Assembly (NCBI GenBank): GCA_010909165.1
Contig: MU008169.1
Span: 620,001 to 684,000, forward strand
From: Anthoceros angustus
Taxonomy: Eukaryota; Plantae; Anthocerotophyta
DNA: 64,000 nucleotides
Reading direction: 5' to 3'
Made by a program: the position numbers and the translations under genes. Below are positions 32,947-43,090 of the stretch, piece after piece. The first letter of the stretch is position 1, and each line of letters opens with the position of its first letter. The notes beneath the pieces were generated by a model. It ran no database searches. It was given only the letters and a program-made list of their open reading frames with translations, and was not told the DNA's origin.

Positions 32947-35900
32947 ATGGTCACAGTATGGCAACCGGAGCCCTTGTGGACCCAACAAACCGGTTTATGT
33001 ACAGGGATTATACTAGGAGCTCCCGCTCACCTCATCGTAGGGAGTGAACCGCTGACAAACAATGGCTGCAGGTGCAGCAGTGTAAGGAGCCCAGCAGCTT
33101 CGATAAAATGGGTGGGTGGGGACGAGTTTTCCAAGGATGGTCGTCGCCAGGAGCATGAGCACTTGTGGCAACAATTTTTTCTGGACCCTGCCATGTGGTG
33201 GGACAACAGACGGGATAAGAAGAAGCCCCGCTCGCCTGACTTCCGGCATAGGGCGTCCGGGGAGGTCCTATGGTTAAACAGCATGTTTAAGCCACCTTGG
33301 GTTGATGAGCAGCTCGTTTCCTTCGATATGCAGATGGGTTATGGCGTTTCTCCTTCCAAGTCGAGCTCTACAGATAAGCCTGAACCTGGCAGGCTTGCAG
33401 GATCGGAAATGGGCGTCGTAACGGCTGGAACCGTCAGCATGTTATGTCAGCAGGGGAAGCTTTCTGAGGCCGTTGGAGCCCTGGAATCTCTGGCGCAGTC
33501 AGACTCTGTTGTTCCTCAGTCTCTGTTTTATACTGTGCTAAAACTGTGTACAGCTAAGAAGGATTTGGTTGTGGGGCGACGAGTCCATAAGCTCACGGCC
33601 AAACTTGGGTACGAGTCGAGTGCGTACTTGGGGAGTCATATCTTGCGGATGTATGCAAGTGGAGGTAGGCTGCAGGAGGCTATGGATGTGCTCACCAGGG
33701 TGGAGAAACCAAATGTCTTCATGTGGTTTTCCATAATCTCTGCACATTCTAAGGGCGGGAAACCTGAGGAGGCCATACAACTCTACCATGAGATGCGTAG
33801 GTCAGGAGTGAAGGCGGATGCTCACGTCTTTGTAGCTGCCCTTCGAGCTTGTGCATTAGCCGCTGACTTGGAATCTGGCAGAAACGTGCACTCTGACGTG
33901 GTGCAGAGTGGAGTTTCTATTAACTTGTTTGTTGGCAGCTGCCTCGTGGACATGTATGCAAAATGTGGTGAACTGGAAGATGCACGAAAGGTTTTTGACA
34001 GCATGGCCACAAAGGATGTGGTGGCATGGACGGTGCTGATTGCTGGGTATTCCCAGCAAGGGCTTGGACATGAGGCGCTTGTCGTGTATGAGCAAATGGA
34101 GGAGGCGGGCCTCATTTTGGCTGACCATGTTACTTTTTCTTGCCTTCTGAAGGCCTGTGCAAGCACTGGAGCCTTGCAGAAGGGCAGACAGCTGCACTCA
34201 CAGATAGTCAAAAGAGGACTGCTGGATGACGTAGTTGTGGGCACCTGCCTGGTGGACATGTATGCAAAATGTGGTGAACTGGAAGATGCACGCCAGGTTT
34301 TTGACAGCATGAACACAAGGAATGTGGTGACTTGGAATGCCCTGATTGCTGGGTATGCAAGGGCTCGGACATGAGGCGCTTGTGTATGGACAAATGGAGC
34401 AGGAGGGCCTCATTTTGGCTGACCATGTTACTTTTGCTTGCCTTCTGAAGGCCTGTGCAAGCACTGGTGCCTTACAGAAGGGCAGGCAGCTGCACTCACA
34501 GATTGTCAAAAGAGGACTGCTGGATGACGTAGTGTGGGCACCTGCCTGGTGGACATGTATGCAAAATGTGGTGAACTGGACGATGCACGCCAGGTTTTTG
34601 ACAGTTTGGCCACAAAGGATGTGGTGGCATGGACCGCCCTGATTTCCGGGTACGCACAGCAAGGGCTCGGACATGAGGCGCTTGTTTTGTATGGACAAAT
34701 GGAGGAGGCGGGCCTCATTTTGGCTGACCACATTACATTTGCTTGCCTTCTGAAGGCCTGTGGAACCACTGGTGCCGTACAGAAGGGCAGGCAGCTGCAC
34801 TCACAGATTGTCAAAAGAGGACTGCTGGATGACGTAGTTGTGGGCACCTGCCTGGTGGACATGTATGCAAAATGTGGTGAACTGGAAGATGCACGCCAGG
34901 TTTTTGACAGCATGAACACAAGGAATGTGGTGACTTGGAATGCCCTGATTGCTGGGTATGCTCAGCAAGGGCTCGGACATGAGGCGCTTGTCGTGTATGG
35001 ACAAATGGAGCACGAGGGGCTGATTTTAGCTAACCATGTTACTTTTGCTTGCCTTCTGAAGGCCTGTGCAAGCACTGGTGCCTTACAGAAGGGCAGGCAG
35101 CTGCACTCACAGATTGTCGAAAGAGGACTGCTGGATGATGTAAAGGTGGGCACCTGCCTGGTGGACATGTATGCGAAATGTGGTGAACTGGAATATGCAC
35201 GCCAGGTTTTTGACAGCCTGAATTCGAAGAATGTGGTGACGTGGAATGCCCTGATTGCTGGGTATGCACAGCAAGGGCTCGGACATGAGGCGCTTGTTGT
35301 GTATGGACAAATGGAGCAGAGGGCCTGATTTTGGCTAACCATGTTACTTGCCTTCTGAAGGCCTGTGCAAGCACTGGTGCCTTACAGAAGGGCAGGCAGC
35401 TGCACTCACAGATTGTCGAAAGAGAACTGCTGGATGACTTAGTGTTGGGCAACTGTCTGGTGGACATGTATGCAAAATGTGGTGAACTAGAAGATGCACG
35501 CCAGGTTTTTGACAGCATGGCCACAAAGGATGTGGTGACGTGGACCGCCCTGATATCTGGGTATGGTGCTTGTGATGAAGGCCACAAGGCATTGGCTTGT
35601 TTTGAGGAGATGTTAGTTGCTGGCATTCAGCCTGACAGTGCAACTTTCACTTGCCTTCTAGTGGCATGCAGTCATGAGGGACTGGTGAATGAGGGTCGTA
35701 AGCACTTTGATTCCATGGCTGAACAGCATAGCATAAAACCTAGTCTGGAGCATTACAATTGCATGATTGATCTCCTTGGGCGTGCTGGCCATTTAGATGA
35801 GGCAGAGAAGATGCTATTAGCATGCGAGGGGCAAGGTGATGTTGTGGGGTTGACGTCTTTGTTGACTGCCTGCAAAAGCCACGGGGATATAGAGAGAGCG

Positions 35901-36446
35901 ATGTGGTGTTTTGAAAGCATTGTTAAACTGGACCCCCAGAAGGCGCCCGCCTATGTGCTCATGGCCAATGCCTATGCAGATGCAGGTAGGTGGACCGATG
36001 TACACAGGATTGAGACACAGAGAAGGGTAGCAGGAGCTAACAAGAAACCTGCACTGGCAACCATTGAGGTGAATAAGGAGGTCCATAGATTTCTAGTGGG
36101 AGAAAGGAGAGAGGATATTGCGCTTAAGGTAGAAAGCACGAATTCTCGTGTGAAGCAGGAAGGGGGCCACGTACCTCACACAAAGTTGGTGTTGATGCCA
36201 GTGTGTGAGAAGGAAAAGGAAGATGTGCTTTGTGGGCATGCTGAGAAGCTAGCCCTTGCGTTTGGTCTCTTGAACACTCCGAGTGGGACACCTCTGGTGG
36301 TAACGAAGAATCTACGCATGTGCAGTGACTGCCATAGCTCCACGGAGATCATGTCAAGGCTTGAACAGAGAGACATTGTTGTAAGGGATGGGTACCGCGT
36401 CCATCGATTTACAGCTGGTTGTTGCAGTTGTAAGGGTCGACCGTGA
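32947..36446 (+). CDS. PLS-class PPR protein with N-terminal OSB-type PDF motif and C-terminal DYW:KP (GRP) domain; putative U-to-C RNA editing factor. Frameshifted in this assembly.
   Basis: Four ORF pieces (32947-34374, 34346-34642, 34534-35328, 35331-36446) join into one PLS array. DYW:KP: KKPALATIEV, HAEKLA, KNLRMCSDCH, end CSCKGRP*. PDF motif WWDNRRDKKKPRSPDFRHRASGEVLWL. Small deletions at about 34358, 34384, 34534, 35318 and 35347. Confidence 0.9.
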
Positions 36447-37763
36447 GATAAAGTCTGTACGCCAGAAAAAACTGCTTTCGGGGTGACTGAGCGATAGCTT
36501 TCGGGTGAACGAACCCCAGATTGACGGGGGGTATTTTTCTGGAAATTTTGCGGGATTTATTTGTTATTTTTCACGGGCGTACCGTGCGTCTGATACTGTA
36601 CATTTAGAGGGGAAATTTTTCAACTTGGCTATCAAAGGAGCTCAAACTTGCCTCTGACCAATGACTGCAGCATTGTCTGCTTCCAAAGCTATCTCCTGAA
36701 GTTTTCTCCGATGGGTATTGAAAAACTTAAGGCCGGGATCAGAGGAAATGGGGGTTGGGAGGGCAGAGGGGATATATGGTAAAGACTATGAATGAGGAGA
36801 GCAGCTCAGGAAGGACTCAGACTGTCAGTTCTGTAAGAGACCCAAACATTGCATTTTTTCGGTAGCTTGTCACCGATCCGAAGAGAGAGACCCAAACACC
36901 ATAACAAAACTGCGGCCTTCCATTGCTTAATTCTGACACTTCCAGTACACTCTCACTCACAGAAAAAATTGAAACGCCCAGTCACAGAGCAACGCACAGT
37001 GCACTCACAAAACTATGACACATTTCTTACTTTGATTTTCTTCTAAAGTAACCCAAAACACATCCAACCACAACTTATGTCCCGCCGCGCACACTCCATG
37101 ACTGGGAAGGGACACCCCTGGTGCGTAGTTGCCAACCACAACAAGAAGTGATAGAGGAAGTGGGAGAACTGGTCACCGGATCGGCCATGCATCCACGCGG
37201 CAGAACCGATTGCAGTGGGAGAGAACTCGTAGTTGCCCGCGCACAGTCTTTTCGCACAACAGATTTCAGGGGGAGAGCACTCGCAGTTGTCCACACAGCC
37301 TTTCCGCAGAACGCAATTGTGAAGCCCGCCATGCGTTGTTAGACATGGCGGGCCGCTTCTTTGAACAAAGCAAATCTGATCCAAATCCTATCACAACACA
37401 TACGATGAGAATGATGATGGTTAACACAACACATTAGGATGAGAATGATGATGGTTAATACTGATCCAAATCTTTTTTACAACACACTAGGAAGAGAATG
37501 ACGGATGACATAATCAAGGAACCGCCATTCATCATGGCTAATGGCTAACCCTAATTGGAACCAAGGAAATCAAAATGTATTTGTAACAAAGAGAATCAAA
37601 ATCTCGTGGCAAGAGGGAATGTGCATAGATTTTTGTCTCATAGGGTGTCGGGATGAGGTAGAGAACTTTGTGGACAACTATCTAACATTCCAATGGGTAA
37701 CATCCATACTACGATATTATTTATATCATTTTAGATAATTTTTATCATAATTATTTTTTTATT

Positions 37764-37798
37764 ACCGCCTACATAGGTGCGGGTTTTTCCACTCTAGT
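37764..37798 (+). mobile_element. Possible Helitron 3' terminus
   Basis: Imperfect hairpin CCGCCTA-CA-TAGGTGCGG, then 11 nt, then CTAG followed by T, after AT-rich sequence. No 5' TC end identified. Confidence 0.4.
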
Positions 37799-39040
37799 CA
37801 ACACAAAGATCTCTGATGCAGATGATGAGAACGCCTACCTGCGGATAACCCAGCCACCTTTCTATGCATTAACCCAGAAATAGCATAAGCATTACCTGCA
37901 ACATGTGCTATAAAACGGAGCTTATACCAAATAGAGGTACATACGTGCAGCAAGCTCTCCCATCAAAGATGACAAGAATAATTGCTAGATTTCACACACG
38001 AGCACATTGATTACGAGTTGTCCTTGGGGGGGACATAGTGTATGCTTGCATGAGACCACCAATTATTGAATTGTTTTGAAGTGAGTAATTAATTAAAATA
38101 CTATATTAATTAATAAAAATAATCTGAATCTTAAAAAATACAATATTTTGGATATGATTGCAAATATATTTAGATATATTCGGCTTCAATAAGACTTAAT
38201 TTATCCATGGAAGAGTACAAGTTGAACACAATATATATATGTTGGGTCAACGCAAGGTATTAGACGAGTGGAAGCAAAAAATTCATCTTATCTATCCTAA
38301 CACCTATCCTAACATACGCGGAGATCATCCTTTTTTGCCCTAAGACATTTGAGCATAAATTTACCTCTCACCTTTTGCAATACTCGATCTCTTGCGAGAC
38401 GTGCAGCGTGTAAATCCATCTATATATCTATCACTTGATACCTCCAATTTGAGATTGTGTTGCTCAACTTGCTCAAACCGTTTTGTCTCTCTCGTCATGA
38501 GCGCCACATTGAGGTATCTTCAAGTGACCATTGAGGGGTTCTATGTAGTAGCAACTTTGTGTTGTGGCAACTCTTTCTTAACATAGCTCGTGTGTTATTG
38601 GGACTTTGTATCGTAGCTTGCACGTTCTAGTGACTGTGTAGTGTAGTTTATGTGTTATAGTGTGTCATAAAGACTCATATGCCTTGCAATATTGTTTACC
38701 AATCTTGGACATGTGTGAAAACTTGTGTTATTATTTGAGATTGATATGGATTGTTGTTTCGGATAAACTTGTACTGTTGCCTTTGCTCTTTGATCTCAAT
38801 CTCTTTGCAACTTTGTGTTGTAGCTTGTGTATTCTAGTAATTTAAATTGCTGTAACTTGCATGGTGTATGAGCTCAAATAATTTTACTTTATCACTTGTA
38901 TATCATTATAACTTTACATAAGCACAACTTTATGTAATTATTTTATATATTATTTTTATTCATGTTATAAAATTTTATTATATTTACTTTTAATTTTGTA
39001 ACCGTCCAACTTCCAGTGACGGGCGGACTAAGAATTAATC

Positions 39041-39724
39041 ATGGTGAAGATGATCCGCAAGGGTGACAGGGCCAGCCTCCTCCTGGCCGACAAGACCAGC
39101 ATCCTCAAGGACGGGATCCGGCTTTATGCCCGTTCCCAATTGCTGGACCCAGAGCCATCTCCAGCACAGTCACCGGCACCAGCCACCAGCGCAGAGCGCA
39201 ATGCGGGAGCAGCAGACGCCAAGGCCAAGCCCGGCCAGGAGAAAATGCAATCCCGGCACGAGCCCGGCTGCGAGCCGGCTCGGAAGAAGGCCAGGACGGA
39301 GGGCTCTGCTGTGCTGAATTCCAAGCCCACCTCTGCCAATGCCACATTAAACATTTATTCTCGCATCCTCCAACGTCTCAATAGGGAGCTGCCCCCGCGG
39401 ATTCCCAAGGGCGGGGCATCCGCATCCGCATCCGGATCCGGCCAGTGGCCGGAGGCCTTGCTGCACCATTTCCTTCTCTGTTACCAGTGGCTGCAAGTTT
39501 GTGACCGCCCAGAGCCTTTCGGCCGAGCGGACTGGGAACAGATCGCTCTCATGTTGACTGCGCATCCGGAGTGCGGTGCACGGAAGTCATGGGAGGATGT
39601 GCGTTCCAAATATGATGAATTGGTGGAGCGGTTTGGGTGGGAGCAGATCAAGCCCACCTCCATATGGCCCTACTTGGTGGACATGCTGGCCTTGGACCTC
39701 AATCGACCGGGTGGAGGGTGGTGA
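39041..39724 (+). CDS. Myb/SANT-like trihelix DNA-binding protein (divergent)
   Basis: QWPEALLHHFLLCY...ADWEQIALML...KSWEDVRSKYDELVERF...SIWPYLVDML follows the trihelix W-W-(C/V)xxK and WPY pattern. NLS-like ARKKAR. Confidence 0.7.
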   Translation: MVKMIRKGDRASLLLADKTSILKDGIRLYARSQLLDPEPSPAQSPAPATSAERNAGAADAKAKPGQEKMQSRHEPGCEPARKKARTEGSAVLNSKPTSANATLNIYSRILQRLNRELPPRIPKGGASASASGSGQWPEALLHHFLLCYQWLQVCDRPEPFGRADWEQIALMLTAHPECGARKSWEDVRSKYDELVERFGWEQIKPTSIWPYLVDMLALDLNRPGGGW

Positions 39725-40039
39725 TATCATGGCAAGGCAATGTGCCCTTTGGTTTTGCTTCTCTCTTTGGTTTGGCTTGGATTGGATTGCTGGACAGGTT
39801 TTGGGTTGAATTTCGGCCATCCAGGGGCAGTCGGTTTGTGATTTTTCTTACTGTGTGTCTGGCTTGCATGTGTTCGTGCAGGTGCCCGGATGCTGTTGAG
39901 CTGGGAGCCAGGCTCCTGGAGCTGCTCTCCCTCCTGCTTCTGCTTTTCCACCTCATCCTCCTGTTCCTCCTGTTCCTCCTGTTCCTCCTGTGAGGGAGAT
40001 TTTCGACCAGGGCTTGAAGACAGACACTTGTGTATGGGA

Positions 40040-40720
40040 TGGGTAGCACCATGTGCATCTATTGGGCACCGTGTGCATCGATTGGGCACCGAGTGCATCG
40101 ATTGGGCACCGTGTGCATCGGTTCCCAGCTGGTCGCTGCAGTTGATCCTTGCTGTCTCGCTGGGTCATGGTGGAGCCGAGAGCTCACAGCTTGTCGAAAT
40201 TGAATTCATATCAGCCGCAGCCTTTCCCGCCACCAAGTGAATTTCCCCACGGCCCGAAGGTTTTGTCCGACTAAGCTTGTGTGATATTTGGGGTCACACT
40301 AACCTTGTGTTCAAGCAAACATTGGTCTTTTTACATGTATGTGTACAAAAATCTTCAATGAGTATGTCTTCAAAAATCTCCCATTGAGTCTTCTATCTAC
40401 CGTGAGTCTCTACCTACCCTAAAACATATGGACCGAAAACCTTCAGCCGCCTACCAACCCTAAAACGCTTCCCTAAAACATATGGACCGAAAACCTTCAG
40501 CCGCCTACCAACCCTAAAACGCTTCGCCAAAACCTTCGGGCGCCCGTCTACCCCCAAAACACTTCGCGGAACCTCTGGTTGTTTGCTAGCTCTTCAGGGC
40601 GCCCGTCTACCCCAAAATACTTCGCTGAACCTCTCGTTGTTTGCTAGCTCTATAGTTTGCGGTTCTTTACCTCTCGTTGTTTGCTAGCTCTATAGTTTGC
40701 GGTTCTTTACGTTTCTCCAG
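40040..40720. repeat. Cluster of nested tandem repeats (20-bp x4; about 54-bp x2 containing CCTACCAACCCTAAAAC; about 58-bp x2; 40-bp x2)
   Basis: tgggcaccg(t/a)gtgcatcgat at 40050-40120; ccctaaaacatatggaccgaaaaccttcagccgcctaccaa twice; acctctcgttgtttgctagctctatagtttgcggttcttt twice. Confidence 0.85.
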
Positions 40721-43090
40721 CCACCTTGTCACAAAGGTTCTATTGGAGTGACATTGCATTTCAGTCACTGTTTGTTATAGCTTGTGAGTTGTGGGCGCTC
40801 TTCACTCTCTGGTATAACTTGTGAGTTGTGGACGCTCTTCACTCTATCATAGCTTATGAGTTCTAGGTGCTCTCCACTTTCAACTTATGAGTTCCGGGGC
40901 TCTCCACTTTCCATTGCAGCTTGTGCGGCATAGTCACTTGGTATGATCATAATGACTCTGTGTTGTAACACTCCCTTGTTGTAGTCTATGTACTGTAGGT
41001 ACTCCATGTGGTAGTGATTTTATGTTGTAGCAGCTTTGTACGTTACAGCGACTCTATGCTGTAGTGACTCTCTGTTGATATTGTGTTAACCTCATGTGTA
41101 TTGCAGTGACTCCATTTTGTAGCTTATGTATTATAGTTGTAACGACACTGTGTTGTGACTGCTGTGTTCTCGCAACCCTTATGTATCCTAGGAAGTTTGT
41201 GGTAGCAACTCTGTTGTAAATGGTGTGTTCTAGCAACTCTCATGTATTGTAGCTGATTTGTGGTAGCAACTCTCCATTAGTTAGCTGATGTATTCAGCAA
41301 CTTTCGTGTAGTGTAGGTGGTAAGTTATAGCAACTTTCCGTGTTCTAGCTAGTTTCTGGTAGCAACTCTCCAGTCGTGTGGTTGGTGTATTGTTGCAACT
41401 TTGTTTTATTAGAGCTGGTATGTTGTAGCAACTTTAGGTTATAGTTCTATCTTATTACCACTCCATATTGTAGCTCCAATGTTGGGTGGTCACTATATGG
41501 TAGCGTATATGTTGTAGTGATTGACTCTGGTTTGAAGCTTATGTCTTGTTCTCTATGCATGTGTTCGTGCAGGTGCCCGGATGCTTTCAGCTTTGAGCAA
41601 GCTACCGGGGCTTGGAGCCGTCCGGTGTCACTCTTCCGGACATGGACACTGCCAAGGCTGCCAGGAAGCTTGGTGCTGGAGTGTCTGACCAACGCCGGCC
41701 GTTCCCCTGATGCATTATTTCTTTACGGCTTCGACCCGGCTCCATAGACGCCATCTGAGACTTTCCGAGACCTGCCCTCGAGGTCTTACGCGCTTGACAA
41801 ACCCTACTTCACACCGGTCTACACAAAATAAGAGTGTTAGGAGGAGTGTTTGTCAAATTCGTGAGACTTCGAGGTCAGCTCGTCACAACTTTGAGCTATG
41901 AGGCCCAAATTGTCTCCATTGAGGGCCCTTGCCTCCATTGGCTTGCATCCAAAGAGCGCCCTTGGGATTGTGGGCAATCATCTGTATTATTCTGGTAAGC
42001 TCCTCAACCCGCACCCGAGCTCGCACTGTTGCTTGCTAACATTCCCTTTCCTTCCCCTCCACTCACATTGTTGCCGTCTGTTGCCGACATCAACCAGATT
42101 TATGATTTCATGAGGCTTCAAAGCGTCGGAAGCAGTTATCGGTTGCAATGTCATGCAAGGACACCCATTTATTTGGCACGTGTTGACAATGGCACCCTAT
42201 GGCCGCAATGCAATGCTGGATTTAATCCCAGAATTTCCCGGGCTATTTTCACTTACCACATGGTGTCAGGAGTCCGGAGCCAAGGACATCACTTGTTGGC
42301 ATTGCATTCTCTCCGCTGCAACCGTGGCTGCCGCCGCTGCTGCTGCTTCTGCTTCTGCTCCTCTGGCTCTGCTGCTGGTGCTGCTTCTGCTTCTGCTCGT
42401 CTGGCTCTGCTGCCGTCTCCTCGATCGATTGTTCCTGCGTTGCACCAGTGCATCTCCCTGCTCTTGCTCTTCCTGATGTGCCTGCTGAGGCTGCGGGCCT
42501 GGGCTGCAATTGCTGCCCCAGAGCTGCCGGTTGTGTCTTCCGGACATCTGGTCGCCCTCTCTGCTCCAATTTCTTGCTTTTGCTTGTGTGCTGGATTCTG
42601 GGTTGCTTGTGTTTCTTCCTGTTGCAATTCTTCCTGCTCTTGTGCAGATTCTACGGTTCCAGGCCTGGGGTCGTGTTTTTGCACATGGTGTTTCGTGGTT
42701 ATAGCTGTGCTGTCTCTTCCTGTCTTGCTCGCGGTCCTCTGCTGGGTAGGGAGGACTGTCTTTGATCAGGGGAAGGAGGAGATTCGTGGGAGGTTGGGTT
42801 TTGCATTGCGCTTCCTCTGGGTTTTATACGGGCTCATGGATTTGTCCTCCTCCTCCTCAAATCATAACCGGCCCTTGCTCGGGAATCAGCAGCATGCTGG
42901 CCTGGCCTGGACTCCGGCGTCTGCAATGCAGGGGCTGCTGCCAGCAACCCCATCGAGATAGACGATGAGCCGGACCTGGACGTGGCGCTGTGGGACACAA
43001 CAGGATTGACTGGTGCGTGCATTTCTCAGCCTGTTGATTTGGCTTTGTTCAGGCCGGTGGTGAGCAGGGCTGACTCGGTTGCTTGAGCAG

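Noticed and set aside
36470-36535. Structured ncRNA after the PPR stop codon
   Set aside because: Short GCTTTCGGG(G)TGA direct repeat with weak pairing; no snRNA, snoRNA or tRNA boxes.
37043-37384. Small Cys-rich peptide or transit-peptide-like ORF
   Set aside because: The Cys pattern comes from an internal ~60-bp duplication; no signal peptide, and no downstream exon could be joined.
40040-40720. Regularly spaced short repeats as a CRISPR-like array
   Set aside because: Units are contiguous tandem duplications without unique spacers; eukaryotic context; no cas genes.
42029-42961. 310-aa Cys/Leu/Ser-rich ORF as a membrane protein
   Set aside because: Arises from CTG/CTT-rich low-complexity sequence that looks like the SNF2 5' UTR/intron; TTG start; no family motif.
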